Made by a program: the position numbers and the translations under genes. Positions 1 to 11,000 of a stretch of DNA of 64,000 nucleotides are shown here, piece after piece. Each line of letters starts with the position of its first letter. Position 1 is the first letter of the stretch. The notes beneath the pieces were generated by a model, which was not told the origin of the DNA, ran no database searches, and saw only the letters and a program-made list of their open reading frames with translations. The DNA lies in IMG/VR virus record IMGVR_UViG_3300033074_001674, positions 101,894 through 165,893 of that record. One strand, written 5' to 3'. The DNA comes from a virus. Taxonomy: Duplodnaviria > Caudoviricetes.

Positions 1-730
1 ACCTTAAAACATCAAACGGTCCCTCTACGAGTATTGCTGCATCGGCTTCTTGTATATGCTTCTTGGCTCGGTCTAAATTAAAAAGGAAGTTTGTTTTTAC
101 AAAACCCTTACTATCGCACCATTTAGGAATTCCTCTCACCTTCCAATCTTCAAATATTGTGCGACCTGAAAATCCGACTATGGCACCATCTATATCTCGA
201 ATAGGAACAATTACCCTGTTCGACATGTATGAATAGCCATTCCCCACGAAACCAATGTGATAGGATTCTATCAATTCTCTTGGATATCCTCTTCCTTCTA
301 AATATGTATGATAAGTAAAATTTTGTAGCACGGCCTCATCATATTTAACGATTTGTTTTACTGACTCAGTAAAATTTTTATTTATCTGATTCTCTCTATA
401 CTGTGTTATTTCTTTTGGGTCGATTTTATTACCCTCAAAAAGCTTCTCTAACATAGCTAGAGCTGCACCCTTTGAGCAATCTAAGATTCCGCAAATTAAT
501 CCATATATATCTATGCCATGTTTTTCATGGCATCCCTTTGAGAAACACTTCCAAATTCCTGCCTCGATATGCCAAGAAAATGCATCCGCCCTATCTCCAT
601 TATGTACAGGACATGGACCATTTATATATTTATATCTCTCAGTATAAGTTATTCCTAAAGCATCGAAAATAACAGTTGGATATTTATTTGCCAATAACTT
701 GTACTCAAGGAACTTATTCCTCACGGACAT
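1..730 (-). CDS. dnaG: DNA primase (DnaG-like), truncated by window edge
   Basis: Hand translation from ATG at 730: CPVH...WKCFSKGC zinc-binding domain, and TOPRIM-like AILVEGPFDVLR at the window edge; follows the helicase. Confidence 0.85.
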   Translation of the reverse strand, partial: MSVRNKFLEYKLLANKYPTVIFDALGITYTERYKYINGPCPVHNGDRADAFSWHIEAGIWKCFSKGCHEKHGIDIYGLICGILDCSKGAALAMLEKLFEGNKIDPKEITQYRENQINKNFTESVKQIVKYDEAVLQNFTYHTYLEGRGYPRELIESYHIGFVGNGYSYMSNRVIVPIRDIDGAIVGFSGRTIFEDWKVRGIPKWCDSKGFVKTNFLFNLDRAKKHIQEADAAILVEGPFDVLR

Positions 731-2141
731 CTGATAGCCTCGCTATTCTTGCAGACCCTTCGTCATATAAATCCCTTACAATTTTGACGGTCGTGACAAC
801 ATCTGTGCTTCTTTTATCTTCTTTAAACTGACCGCATGACTTGTCAAAAAATAGATTTACCCACTCATTAAAAGAGTGCCCTGGTCCATGTCTGCAGTAT
901 TTAACTTCCAGTACGTGAGTACCTCTATCTGGACCATCCTCTTCCATTTCTTCTCTTTTCTTTGGCCTAAGAATAGTGGCTGAATCCACGTTCTCTACAA
1001 TCCTTCTGATTCCTATATCTTCTTGTTTATTCAATTGTCCAAGAGCTATAATAGGGATATTGTGTTTTGCGGCGCAGTCGTGCAACTGCGAAAGCAATAT
1101 GCCTATCAACTGATATTCTTGTACGTTCTTTGACAAATCTCCAAGGTCCATTAGTTTGATATAATCATACACAACCAAACCTTTTGGCTTATCTCCAATG
1201 ACTTTGCCACCCAAATATTGATAGACAAACTTTCTAATCGTAGGTATTACTCCATGCACAGATAATCCTGCTATGTTTTTATAATATAGCGGGGCTCCCT
1301 TTACTATGCTAAAGGCTTCTTTTAATCTATCTATCATAGCCCTAGAATTTTTCCATTCGCCGCTTTCTATAACGTTGTAAGGTATTCCAGTTATAATGCC
1401 ACATAACCTCATCTGCTGTTGTCTTGGCTGAAGTTCTGTATCTAAATACAGAGATGGCAATCTCTGTATAATCGCCGTTCTGAACGCCGCGTGCATTGAC
1501 AATTGACTCTTACCTACCTTGGTAGAGGCAAAAATGCCAGTAATCGCACCGTTCCTTATATGACCTATATCTTCTTGCCAAAGCGGCAGCCCGATATCAA
1601 TTCCAAAATCACCAGCATGATTCGCATATTCGTTAATCGTCTGTTCGAAATCATCTGACAAAGATATGATATCTTTCTCTCCAGCATCTATCCTGTCTAA
1701 TGTGCCAACAATTGAATTTTCCACCATATCACGAAGCTCGATTGGCGAGCCAGTATGATTCTCTATTTCGTCCTTTATATCATCACATTTAGATATTAAA
1801 CTTCTTTTGATAGAAGCACATTTAATATCGGCAGCATATTTGTCTAAATTTGCCGGATTTGGCCTGTTAAGTACAATGGCACTTACAAATTCCCCATTCA
1901 ATGTATGGCGAAGGAAATCTTGAACACCTATTCTTTCTGCTTCTGCCATAATCACATGGGTATCTATCACATCTCTATCGCCAGATGTGATTAGCCCCTT
2001 GATTACTCCAAATACTAGAGACGCGGCAAGACTTGAAAAATCTCCCTCATCGATTATATCATTAACAGTGAAATATTTATCTGGGTGATGACATAGGATT
2101 GATAATAATGACCTCTCAGCCCCGAATGTTTCTAAGCTCAT
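714..2141 (-). CDS. dnaB: Replicative DnaB-like helicase
   Basis: N-terminal AERSLL, Walker A ASTKVGKS, YLDTE, VVYDY, QLN motifs. Confidence 0.9.
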   Translation of the reverse strand: MSLETFGAERSLLSILCHHPDKYFTVNDIIDEGDFSSLAASLVFGVIKGLITSGDRDVIDTHVIMAEAERIGVQDFLRHTLNGEFVSAIVLNRPNPANLDKYAADIKCASIKRSLISKCDDIKDEIENHTGSPIELRDMVENSIVGTLDRIDAGEKDIISLSDDFEQTINEYANHAGDFGIDIGLPLWQEDIGHIRNGAITGIFASTKVGKSQLSMHAAFRTAIIQRLPSLYLDTELQPRQQQMRLCGIITGIPYNVIESGEWKNSRAMIDRLKEAFSIVKGAPLYYKNIAGLSVHGVIPTIRKFVYQYLGGKVIGDKPKGLVVYDYIKLMDLGDLSKNVQEYQLIGILLSQLHDCAAKHNIPIIALGQLNKQEDIGIRRIVENVDSATILRPKKREEMEEDGPDRGTHVLEVKYCRHGPGHSFNEWVNLFFDKSCGQFKEDKRSTDVVTTVKIVRDLYDEGSARIARLSDVREE

Positions 2142-2493
2142 ATGATTTCCTTATTTGTTTATCGTAGATTTTACGCATTACATCTATTTTGTTTTTAATT
2201 CCTTCAATTACTGGTCTAAGTATGGCTATTTTTGATTTCTCCATCTTAAGTAAATCTTGGTCTATTTGCGCTCCAGACCTTAACTCATCAAGTAGATAAC
2301 TAATTCTGCCAGAAATTAGTCCTTCTTGATATTTTAAGAACATATAGTAATTAGAAAGGACTAGAATTGGCTTATCATAATCTACATCTTCTTCAGATTC
2401 AAAATCTGAATTAAGCATCTCAATAATTATTTCAGGCTGAGGTCTTTTAATCTCACCGAATTTTAGCTCATCAATCCAATCTTTAATGCTCAT
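2116..2493 (-). CDS. Hypothetical protein in replication cluster
   Basis: 125-aa ORF overlapping both neighbours. Confidence 0.6.
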   Translation of the reverse strand: MSIKDWIDELKFGEIKRPQPEIIIEMLNSDFESEEDVDYDKPILVLSNYYMFLKYQEGLISGRISYLLDELRSGAQIDQDLLKMEKSKIAILRPVIEGIKNKIDVMRKIYDKQIRKSYELRNIRG

Positions 2494-2891
2494 CTGGATA
2501 ACTTTCTGATTATTTCAGAATCATCGTCATTATATTCTATGCAAATTAATTTAATACAATTCAGTTTGCACCATTCAATTTTTCTAGTGTCTCTCATGAG
2601 AGAATTTTTGAATGCTTCCTTGGAACCATGAAAAAAATCACTATATGACGAATGCTGTACTCCATTTGCTTCTACAGCCAATTGTCGCATTGGTAGATAG
2701 AAATCTATATAAAGACCTTCTCCTGGAACATAAAAGTCTTCTAAGATATTATCTCTTGGATAGAGAGACTTAACTTTTTGTCCTATGCGCCATTGAAACT
2801 TGCTTTTACAATTATTTTCATCTTTTACAGGATACTTTGAAGGCCTAATATCAATAGAATATATTCTACCATTTAAACCTTTAAATTTCAT
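2490..2891 (-). CDS. Vsr/DUF559-like PD-(D/E)XK endonuclease
   Basis: IDFYLP..LAVEANGVQH..RDTRKIEWC..N.I.L pattern. Confidence 0.7.
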   Translation of the reverse strand: MKFKGLNGRIYSIDIRPSKYPVKDENNCKSKFQWRIGQKVKSLYPRDNILEDFYVPGEGLYIDFYLPMRQLAVEANGVQHSSYSDFFHGSKEAFKNSLMRDTRKIEWCKLNCIKLICIEYNDDDSEIIRKLSR

Positions 2892-3901
2892 CCTTTTATG
2901 CCATTAATCTTAGATATTAGTTTATTTCTAAGTTCTAAATCAGAAGACAGCAATTCTTTCAATTCATCCGGTCTCATCTTTTTGCCCTCTGTTCCATCGT
3001 CGTTTGGAATGTTGACCCAACCACCATTTTTAACTACAAAGCCCAACTCTTGTGCAAAATCCATTAACTCTGAATCAGAATCAATGCCCTTACCATAGAT
3101 AATTGGAAAGAAAACTTCTATATATGGCGCATTTACATTATTTTTAACTATTGTAGCTCGAACATTTTGTCCAATCTTTTTATCGCCAACTTTGATTGCA
3201 TCCCCCGCAAGAGCAGCCAATTGAATTCTCTGGGCAGCACGATTTTTAATCGCGTTTCCTCCATGAGTTGTATCTTTCTGTCCATACATGGCCATTGTTG
3301 CTGTAAGGTGGTTAAGGAAAATTAACAAACACTTATTCCTTGCTGCAATTCCAGTAATTTTTCTTACAAGCTTGTGAAGGATTCTTGGAACAACTGCCAT
3401 TCCAACATTCGAGTAATCTTGAGCATCTTCCACTTCTGGAAGAAGTCCTCCAATTGAGTCTAAAACAATAACACATCCTGGAAAATCTGTAACTATTTTT
3501 TGCATCATATTTAAGCAATCTTCGGCGGTATCTGGATAGATAATGTTGAACTTATCCCTAATGAAGTTCTTAATCATTTTAATTTGTGCTTCGCGCAGCT
3601 TAAACTCTAGGTCAAAATAAAACACATCTTTATCCATTGCCATAGCATTGCTACAAATACTAAGCGCCAATGTTGTTTTTCCGACACCTGCTGGAGCAAA
3701 TATCTCAACCATTGACCCCTCAAGACATGGAAGCCCAAGCGCCCAATCTAACTTGATTGAACCAGTAGAAATTGCTTTATAATCAGAATCTTTAAAATCA
3801 ACACCCCTTTTTATTTTGCTTCCAAGCTGTTTCTGCAATTCGTCTGCTGACATCCCAACGATATCATCTACTTCTTCTGATGCACTTTTCTTTCTAGCCA
3901 T
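2888..3901 (-). CDS. recA: RecA/UvsX-like recombinase
   Basis: ISTGSIKLDWALG, APAGVGKTT, VIVLDS, TTHGGNA, KNNV motifs. Confidence 0.92.
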   Translation of the reverse strand: MARKKSASEEVDDIVGMSADELQKQLGSKIKRGVDFKDSDYKAISTGSIKLDWALGLPCLEGSMVEIFAPAGVGKTTLALSICSNAMAMDKDVFYFDLEFKLREAQIKMIKNFIRDKFNIIYPDTAEDCLNMMQKIVTDFPGCVIVLDSIGGLLPEVEDAQDYSNVGMAVVPRILHKLVRKITGIAARNKCLLIFLNHLTATMAMYGQKDTTHGGNAIKNRAAQRIQLAALAGDAIKVGDKKIGQNVRATIVKNNVNAPYIEVFFPIIYGKGIDSDSELMDFAQELGFVVKNGGWVNIPNDDGTEGKKMRPDELKELLSSDLELRNKLISKINGIKG

Positions 3902-4325
3902 TTATCATCCTATCCAGTTTAGTGAAGAGAGATTCTTTTGCGGCCGGAATCTCCGTGCGCAAATCCTCTATATTGTTATTTATCTTGACTTCGTGCTTAG
4001 ATGTATCTTTTGGTTTCCTAAGACGTTCTAATGACGCTATATCGTTCTGTATATAGAACTCCGCAGAAGCATAATCGCTCATCGATGTTAATTTCTTATT
4101 GTCCAATATAGCGCGAACAACTGGACCTTCGCCATATTTTTTAATGAACTTTGATACAGATTTTATCTCTGCCGCAAACTTGAATTTATATTTTGGGAGT
4201 TTCCAGAATTCACTAGGCAAATTGAATCCGAACTGTCTAATACATAATGTTTCTGCGAGCCAAGCTCTTAGTTGCATTACATGTGAAGGAGTTGTCCTTG
4301 ACATAAGTGGTATCTTCTTTGCCAT
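3894..4325 (-). CDS. Hypothetical protein
   Basis: 143-aa ORF overlapping the recA start. Confidence 0.65.
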   Translation of the reverse strand: MAKKIPLMSRTTPSHVMQLRAWLAETLCIRQFGFNLPSEFWKLPKYKFKFAAEIKSVSKFIKKYGEGPVVRAILDNKKLTSMSDYASAEFYIQNDIASLERLRKPKDTSKHEVKINNNIEDLRTEIPAAKESLFTKLDRMING

Positions 4326-4456
4326 CTATCTGTACTCAGTGCTTTCTAGTCTTGGATGTTTTGGTCTTAACCGTAAAACCTTTCACTACCCAGGTACATG
4401 TACAGCAGTTAAAATGGCCATATAAATTACTTTTGGAATGTGCTTAACTTTTACGT

Positions 4457-4780
4457 TTAGCCAATTCTAATATACCTAATAGTGTTATCAATCTTACACT
4501 TAGCGAAATCTCCATCATTATGACAGTGATTTCTTACAGCATCTAATTTTGCCAATGTAATATCTCTTGGCTCATTTGTTTTAATGGCCATTTTCCTAAT
4601 TCTAGAGAGCGTTATTTTAACTCTCTCATCCCATGAAATATCTGATGCTAATCTACTTGGGGCGAATTGGATTAACTTAATTTCTGGTTCATTTGCGAGG
4701 GCAGCCTGCCCATCTTCCGCAGCTTTTTTGATGGCCTTAATCGCTGCAGTTTTATCTCCTCATTTACGCTTAATCTTCAT
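4457..4780 (-). CDS. 107-codon ORF with one in-frame UGA at codon 7 (recoded protein or pseudogene)
   Basis: ATG 4780 overlaps the end of the upstream gene; reads MKIKRK*GDKTAAIK...YIRIG-stop; missing from the ORF track. Confidence 0.55.
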
Positions 4781-6617
4781 GTGACTGACAGTTTCCATAT
4801 TGAGTATTTGTAGAACCAGGAGCTCCGCCTCCACAGGCAGGAATAGTAACACTATCTGGTTGACAGCAAGGTGCTTCAAGTTGAATTTCAGAACATGCTG
4901 TGGCACAGTCAAGACTAGGAAGAGGAGAGAACACCACAGGGCATGGGTCAACTACATATGTGCTAGGAGGTGCAGGAATGCCGGCTTGACCTTGCAGTCT
5001 TGGCTCAAGCACTCCCAACGGACAATCACAAGCGGCCAATGCTGCATTAATTTGCTGAACAAGCATATGGATTATTTTTTCCATTCGTAAAGTTAGGTTA
5101 ATTTCTAACTTTGCAATGTTATTGCCCAAACTAAGTATGCCCGCATCTGTATAAGCTGCAAGCTCAGCTATTTCGGTATTTAAGCAATCAATAGCATCCT
5201 TAACCTCATCAAAATTAGCTGCGGCAGCAGTAGCAAATGATGATGTGAATGTTGTTATAGAAGTACATGTATTAGCTAGACTGGTAGCTATTTGGATGTC
5301 ATTGTTGACGAGTTTCAAAAAGTGCGCACCAACAAGCTCACACTCATCAATCTGCACGGCTGGCACCCATTTACCTCTTTCGCCTGCATCTGGAGTATTT
5401 ACAGCAATACCAATTGTGTTTCCTCCCAAAGTCCCAGCACACACATCTTGGTCTGCATCCATAAAAATCATTTTGCCGGCGAAAAATTTATTATTGGATG
5501 GCTTGCAACATACATCTAGTTCTGATGCTTTCTTATAAAAGAAAATAGGACCATCTAGTCCTTTTTCTTTGTGAAAGTGTGCATCAGTCCTAATATCTAG
5601 ATTATCACTAGAGCCGGTAATCTCATTTCCTAATGTATTTTCATCTCCTTTGACATGAAACGTGTCATCAGTAGCATTAGTGTGTGGCACTATAAAAACG
5701 CTACTTAGCTTAGCTGCACCATTTTCAGATTCATCGAATAGTTTAGTATCCAAATGAATCATTAGCTGTCCTGTTTTAATCCCCTCTTTTGTACCATCAG
5801 TCCCAGCTAAATCTTTTGGTTGTCGCACCCAAAATACATCTTCTAGTTTTCCACGTAAAAAAGGATAACCCTTATCCGTATCGTTGTTTGTTCCAAACAC
5901 CCATGTTCCAAGTTCAGAATCGTAATGGTCCTCTATAAGTTCATTATATGCAGTCCATGAGCCTTTTCTATAATCCCACCTAAATTCTATAGGACCATTT
6001 TTCCATGTCTCTCTAGCCAACTTGTGCTCATCGTCGTTTTTCCGCGGGTCTTGAGGATTTGGGTCAGTCGGTAATCCGTCTATTGTTCTGCCCCATCCAC
6101 CTGCTATAGATGGTATTCTAAATCCTATTCCTCTTACCTCAGAAATATCGCCGTATTTTTCTGTAGCCTCACTAGCGGCGTTTAGCTTATCTTTGCTAGC
6201 TAAGTAGTGGATTTGTTGAATATCTCCTGGCAATAGCTTCCATATATTATTATCTGAGATTGTGAATGAGCCATCCTTATAAATCCCTCCAAGCCTCATT
6301 TCGTTTTCTGACTGTTGGAGTTTAATGCCATTTATTAAGGCAAAACCTGTATCTAATGAAGCGCTATAATTTCTTGTCCATTCAATATCTGATTTAATAC
6401 CTAATGCAGGAGATTGATTAGATATAAAAAATGGGGGGCCAGAGGTTGGTTTTTTACCATTCACCTCTGGCAAGGATGGTTTAACCTGGGCGCCAGTAAA
6501 AGTAAAAGATAGTACGCTAGCCGGAGGCTTTGGAACTACTACGTCATTATCTATTGGATAATCAGCCAACTCTATTACCTCCGCCAAATAAAGCACGATT
6601 GCTAGATTGGCTGACAA
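4770..6617 (-). CDS. Putative tail tip/structural protein with Cys-rich C-terminus
   Basis: 615 aa, last gene of the run after the tape measure; coiled-coil plus Cys-rich end. Confidence 0.55.
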   Translation of the reverse strand: MSANLAIVLYLAEVIELADYPIDNDVVVPKPPASVLSFTFTGAQVKPSLPEVNGKKPTSGPPFFISNQSPALGIKSDIEWTRNYSASLDTGFALINGIKLQQSENEMRLGGIYKDGSFTISDNNIWKLLPGDIQQIHYLASKDKLNAASEATEKYGDISEVRGIGFRIPSIAGGWGRTIDGLPTDPNPQDPRKNDDEHKLARETWKNGPIEFRWDYRKGSWTAYNELIEDHYDSELGTWVFGTNNDTDKGYPFLRGKLEDVFWVRQPKDLAGTDGTKEGIKTGQLMIHLDTKLFDESENGAAKLSSVFIVPHTNATDDTFHVKGDENTLGNEITGSSDNLDIRTDAHFHKEKGLDGPIFFYKKASELDVCCKPSNNKFFAGKMIFMDADQDVCAGTLGGNTIGIAVNTPDAGERGKWVPAVQIDECELVGAHFLKLVNNDIQIATSLANTCTSITTFTSSFATAAAANFDEVKDAIDCLNTEIAELAAYTDAGILSLGNNIAKLEINLTLRMEKIIHMLVQQINAALAACDCPLGVLEPRLQGQAGIPAPPSTYVVDPCPVVFSPLPSLDCATACSEIQLEAPCCQPDSVTIPACGGGAPGSTNTQYGNCQSHED

Positions 6618-9000
6618 ATTGTTTAGTCACATTTACACGGGAATTTTCAACGAAACCAATCTGATTTTGAGGAAGGACTCTTGGCCCGGCACCATTGGTA
6701 AGTAATGCAAATCTCGCCCAATCTTCTTTAGAGAATTCTCCAAATTTCCTTGTAAAAGTTTGAAGTCCATAACTAGTAGTTAATCCCCCGCCACCAAAAG
6801 ATATAGATGTTGAAGTTATATTGGCATTTTTCTCTAGACTATCTCCTAAATTCATTTCTGGATAGCCTTCAATTGTTATATTGGCGCTAAACACTTCTCT
6901 TTGAAGAGAAGTTGCATTGTCTACTTTTAATTGCATCGCTCCACTCATTAGCGCTAGCCCTCCAAATTCCCAAGGAGCGAATCCATCATCTTGTAATATT
7001 TCTAACTTGCCTTGAGTTTCACCATCTAGTTCAGAAGAAAAAACAGGACCATATCTTCTATATCTAGACCTTGTTGGTATATATGCTTGAGCGGGTTGAT
7101 AGCATTTTGCCGCTATTTCAAACAATGATGTCCCATAATATCTTCGCAACAAGCTTTCTAGATAATCATTCACTGTCAAAGCATTGCCATCTGCATCAGT
7201 TTTTGCATCATTGCCGGCGTTGTCATTCTCTTGATTGTATGCATCAATCGCCATTTGCATTAGCTCTTCTGCTGTAGGAATCTTCTCAATTACAGGGCAT
7301 GGTAGCGTCAATACCCCATCTTTATCTACTGTGCATGCCATATATAGCTTTGTTCTAAAGGATTCAGTATAAGGATTCTCGCTATCATTGTACACATAGT
7401 TGGCGCGGTCAGTATTAAATGTGGCGCCAGAAGGCGCAAAATTATCTTTAAGTTCGACAACTAAAATTGAGCCATTTTGGCCAGGTTCACCAGGAAGGAT
7501 TGTTGAGAAAGTTGTGCCAAATTTAGTAACATTCCTAAATACATCTTGACTTCCAAACAGGCTTGTTAAATTAGATAAGCCTAAACTAAATGCTCCTCCG
7601 GCCCCTTCATTGTTAAACTCAACAAATGCCCGTGTACGGCCATCTTTCTGTTGAAAATACTCATATGGGTCGTCATTGCCAACTATGGCACCTCTTGTCC
7701 ATGCAGAGTCTATTATCTCATCGAATATATCATCATGAACCCAACGTTTCCCATAAGTTGCTTCCGCGTGAGCATGTAGCTTTTCAAATAGCTGGCCAGC
7801 GTTAGAATAACGCGCATCTTGCACGCCCAATAAATAATTGGCCTTGCGTTCTTTGTTTTTTGGTATATTGCCATTTCCATCTAGAACATTTTGGGCAAAA
7901 AGAGAATCTAAAACAAAAAGAGGATTAATATCTGTATCCAGCAATGTTCCACCATATCTACTAAATCCTCCACCGCCACCATATTCTTGTGGTATCCCAA
8001 GCCATATTTCCCATCCAAGTTTGCCGCCAAGAACAACGCGCATTTCTGTTTCTGTCATTAAATATTTATGATTGCCACTTTCAGAAGAAAGGTCTAAAGG
8101 CTCATTGGCTAGCCCTTTCACAGCTACACGAGTTAATTGTTCTACAGGGGCGCCTAATAGCGCCAAACATGCAACATCATTTCTAAGTTCGATACCAGAT
8201 GTACAAGATACCACTTTGCCGTTGTGATTGTTTAGAAATGTAGGCAAGTTAATTGTGGTTTGGTCTCTACTTCTGTCTATTAAACTAATAGAAACATCTA
8301 TAACTCCATCAGAGGCCCTTTCCGAATTGACAAACCAATCAAAAGAGTGTCTAGATGATAAATCCTCCACTATATTAGAAATGGGCACCAAATTTGTATT
8401 AATTCTATATTCTGGGTCCACTCTATCTAGAAGCGCCGTGAAGTTGAACCTGTAACGCTCTCCGAACGCGTTGGCTATTTGCTGACCAATAGGTACGTGT
8501 GTTGACCCAAAGAGAATATTGTCGCCATGCAGAGCATTAAGGATTCGCTTGAACTGCATGCCTGCTTGTGTCCAGCCCGACAAATTTATGACACCACCTT
8601 CTACATAGAAAGCGCTAAAAATGTCAATACAAGAGCATTGAGTGTTTCTAACCTTCATTGTAACGGCCTCGTACCCTGGAGACAAAATCACAGGGATTGA
8701 CCGCATTATATCTCTAACATCATACATCGTTATATTTATTTGTCTGCCACCAATATTCCTTATGTCTTTTTCGTATCTTTTTATTATGCCTGAGAATTTC
8801 CAAGTAGGACCAATTTCTATTGTGTGGTAAGACCCTACAATTGGCTCCTCAAAAAATGCACTTGTAAGAGGGTCTTCAACGACAGTAATTGTGCATGAGC
8901 TTGGATTTGTAGATAAGCCTAAAGATGTGCTAATGTTTTTAACATATGCTCCAAGGAATTTTGCCGGCTGGCCGTTTAATCCAAGATTAGTTGTAGTCAT
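6562..9000 (-). CDS. Putative baseplate hub/tail tip protein
   Basis: 812 aa, downstream of tape measure; beta-rich hub-like termini. Confidence 0.55.
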   Translation of the reverse strand: MTTTNLGLNGQPAKFLGAYVKNISTSLGLSTNPSSCTITVVEDPLTSAFFEEPIVGSYHTIEIGPTWKFSGIIKRYEKDIRNIGGRQINITMYDVRDIMRSIPVILSPGYEAVTMKVRNTQCSCIDIFSAFYVEGGVINLSGWTQAGMQFKRILNALHGDNILFGSTHVPIGQQIANAFGERYRFNFTALLDRVDPEYRINTNLVPISNIVEDLSSRHSFDWFVNSERASDGVIDVSISLIDRSRDQTTINLPTFLNNHNGKVVSCTSGIELRNDVACLALLGAPVEQLTRVAVKGLANEPLDLSSESGNHKYLMTETEMRVVLGGKLGWEIWLGIPQEYGGGGGFSRYGGTLLDTDINPLFVLDSLFAQNVLDGNGNIPKNKERKANYLLGVQDARYSNAGQLFEKLHAHAEATYGKRWVHDDIFDEIIDSAWTRGAIVGNDDPYEYFQQKDGRTRAFVEFNNEGAGGAFSLGLSNLTSLFGSQDVFRNVTKFGTTFSTILPGEPGQNGSILVVELKDNFAPSGATFNTDRANYVYNDSENPYTESFRTKLYMACTVDKDGVLTLPCPVIEKIPTAEELMQMAIDAYNQENDNAGNDAKTDADGNALTVNDYLESLLRRYYGTSLFEIAAKCYQPAQAYIPTRSRYRRYGPVFSSELDGETQGKLEILQDDGFAPWEFGGLALMSGAMQLKVDNATSLQREVFSANITIEGYPEMNLGDSLEKNANITSTSISFGGGGLTTSYGLQTFTRKFGEFSKEDWARFALLTNGAGPRVLPQNQIGFVENSRVNVTKQFVSQSSNRALFGGGNRVG

Positions 9001-10992
9001 TTAGCTAGCAGTATATGTCCACGTTGTATCTCTCGAAAATACCATTGTATCTCTATCAAAGTTATAGCTATCGGCGATTTTAAACGCTCCTTGAGCTTGA
9101 GGTTTCTCACCTCTATTATTTATGGCAGGAGTGTTATTGATTAAAATGTTTGATTCAGCCAATGCGGCGAGTTCAAGCAAACTATATTGAGATGATGTTA
9201 GGGCTTCACAAAGACTATTGCCGCTTTGCATAGTATATTGAATTTTAATATTTTTCTCATAGGCCGTGACAGTCTCCTGGTCCTGCAATATTGGGCCATC
9301 TGTCTTGCCTGGAATTTGTATATTCGCAATAACATCTGCCGGCAATTTATAACTAACTGTAATCTTTTCATTAGAAATTAATGGATTGTCAGTTATATGT
9401 CTATTATCAAAAGTCTGACTATACGTAATTATCCCGTTTAGGAAATTGTAGCCCAGATTACTTCTAATTGGTCTTGTTGAAACACAAGTCCCACTCGGTG
9501 CGATTAAAAGTGCCCTGTCTCTTATCCTGCTCTCAATAGAGCCGAAATATGCGCCAGATGCGCTAGAAAATCTAACTTGTGTGGCCGTTCCAGTCTCAGA
9601 GGCCAGACCAACGACTGAGCCATTGACAGTTATCGTTGTTAGGGCATTTTCCGAGCTAGTATCTCTAGATACCTGATATTCTTCTCTCCATAGGGGTTGA
9701 CCTTGCTCTCTAAAGCCTCTTGTTACAGTACAGCTTTTTCTAATAGAATCAAGTTGAATGGATACTGATTCTATGTTGCCAGATAGAGATGCATCGAAAA
9801 ACGGCTCAACATAGTGTGAAATTGGATAATTATTGGCCCAACAATACTCAATAGCATGCTCTATACCAGAAGCACTTCCAGGCCTAATCGTGGCCGTACT
9901 AGTTACATTTTGTGTTACAGTGCCATCTTCGTTCCTATTTAGCGAACGTTGCACAGACCTATCTTGGAATGGATTTTCTTGAGATATATCAAATGTTATT
10001 GAGTAAGTTACAGTTCCGGCATATCTATTATCTGAGCGTTGACGATTTACAATGCCAGTAGGAGAATTATAATTTATTTCTGGGACTACTACTGTGGTAA
10101 ATGCATTTACAGCATTTGTAAATCTCTCAAATGTAGTATCTCCAAATCCCTGCACTGTGCCGTTTATTGATACTTGTTCAACTAATTCGTTAAGTTCATT
10201 TAAATTAGCGGCAGTCTGGACAGTTCTATCATCTTTATAATTGCCAGATGCCATTACCCATGTTTCGGTTAACGAGTATTGGCTCGCTGTTATATTAGAT
10301 ACTTCTTGTCTTGTGTGATTATATTCTGAATAGCCGTCCAAATCGACCAGTGTGCCAACAAACGGCTGCTTCAAAAATCTATATTGAGTTCTATCTAGGG
10401 AGTTAGACCTAGCCAAGACAAATGAGCGCGCATTTTCCAAGGCTCCAGTGCCCGCAGGGTAATTGTGTACACCCACTGCGCTAATCTGATGGGATACATT
10501 TACTGTGTCGTCTGGCTGGCTTGAGAAGTCCCAATTGTTCTCAAAAGAACGTATTTTTGAACCGTCCTCAAATTCATCATCGTATTCAAATACTATAGAA
10601 TAATCTCTTTTAACAACCATTTGACTATTATCAAAATCTCTACCAACAACTCGTGGGTAGACACTTATTACAGGATATCCAGAAGAGTCAACGATTAGAA
10701 GGTTGCCATAATCTTCAGATAGGGCGGCTTTTAATTGGTCGCTCTTCCTATCTAATAATTCAAGACAAGTGGCATCTGGATTAACTCCGCTTAAAGCTGG
10801 AGTATCTGGCAATAATGTGCCTGCGAACGTAAGTCTTGTAGTTATACCAAGTTTAGTATCTGCATCGGCTACATTAGAACGCAGTATTTCATTTGTTTCA
10901 GCTATAAATGGAACTGGACTAAAACAATAGGCTAATCCATCGGATTGCCTTATGTAATACATTCTTGTTCCTGCGTTAGGATTAGCGCCCAT
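9001..10992 (-). CDS. Putative distal tail/baseplate protein with internal repeats
   Basis: Recurring (I/V)NG(T/S)V.G and G.(V/I)TYS.TFD motifs; position in tail module. Confidence 0.5.
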   Translation of the reverse strand: MGANPNAGTRMYYIRQSDGLAYCFSPVPFIAETNEILRSNVADADTKLGITTRLTFAGTLLPDTPALSGVNPDATCLELLDRKSDQLKAALSEDYGNLLIVDSSGYPVISVYPRVVGRDFDNSQMVVKRDYSIVFEYDDEFEDGSKIRSFENNWDFSSQPDDTVNVSHQISAVGVHNYPAGTGALENARSFVLARSNSLDRTQYRFLKQPFVGTLVDLDGYSEYNHTRQEVSNITASQYSLTETWVMASGNYKDDRTVQTAANLNELNELVEQVSINGTVQGFGDTTFERFTNAVNAFTTVVVPEINYNSPTGIVNRQRSDNRYAGTVTYSITFDISQENPFQDRSVQRSLNRNEDGTVTQNVTSTATIRPGSASGIEHAIEYCWANNYPISHYVEPFFDASLSGNIESVSIQLDSIRKSCTVTRGFREQGQPLWREEYQVSRDTSSENALTTITVNGSVVGLASETGTATQVRFSSASGAYFGSIESRIRDRALLIAPSGTCVSTRPIRSNLGYNFLNGIITYSQTFDNRHITDNPLISNEKITVSYKLPADVIANIQIPGKTDGPILQDQETVTAYEKNIKIQYTMQSGNSLCEALTSSQYSLLELAALAESNILINNTPAINNRGEKPQAQGAFKIADSYNFDRDTMVFSRDTTWTYTAS

Positions 10993-11000
10993 ATCTTAAC

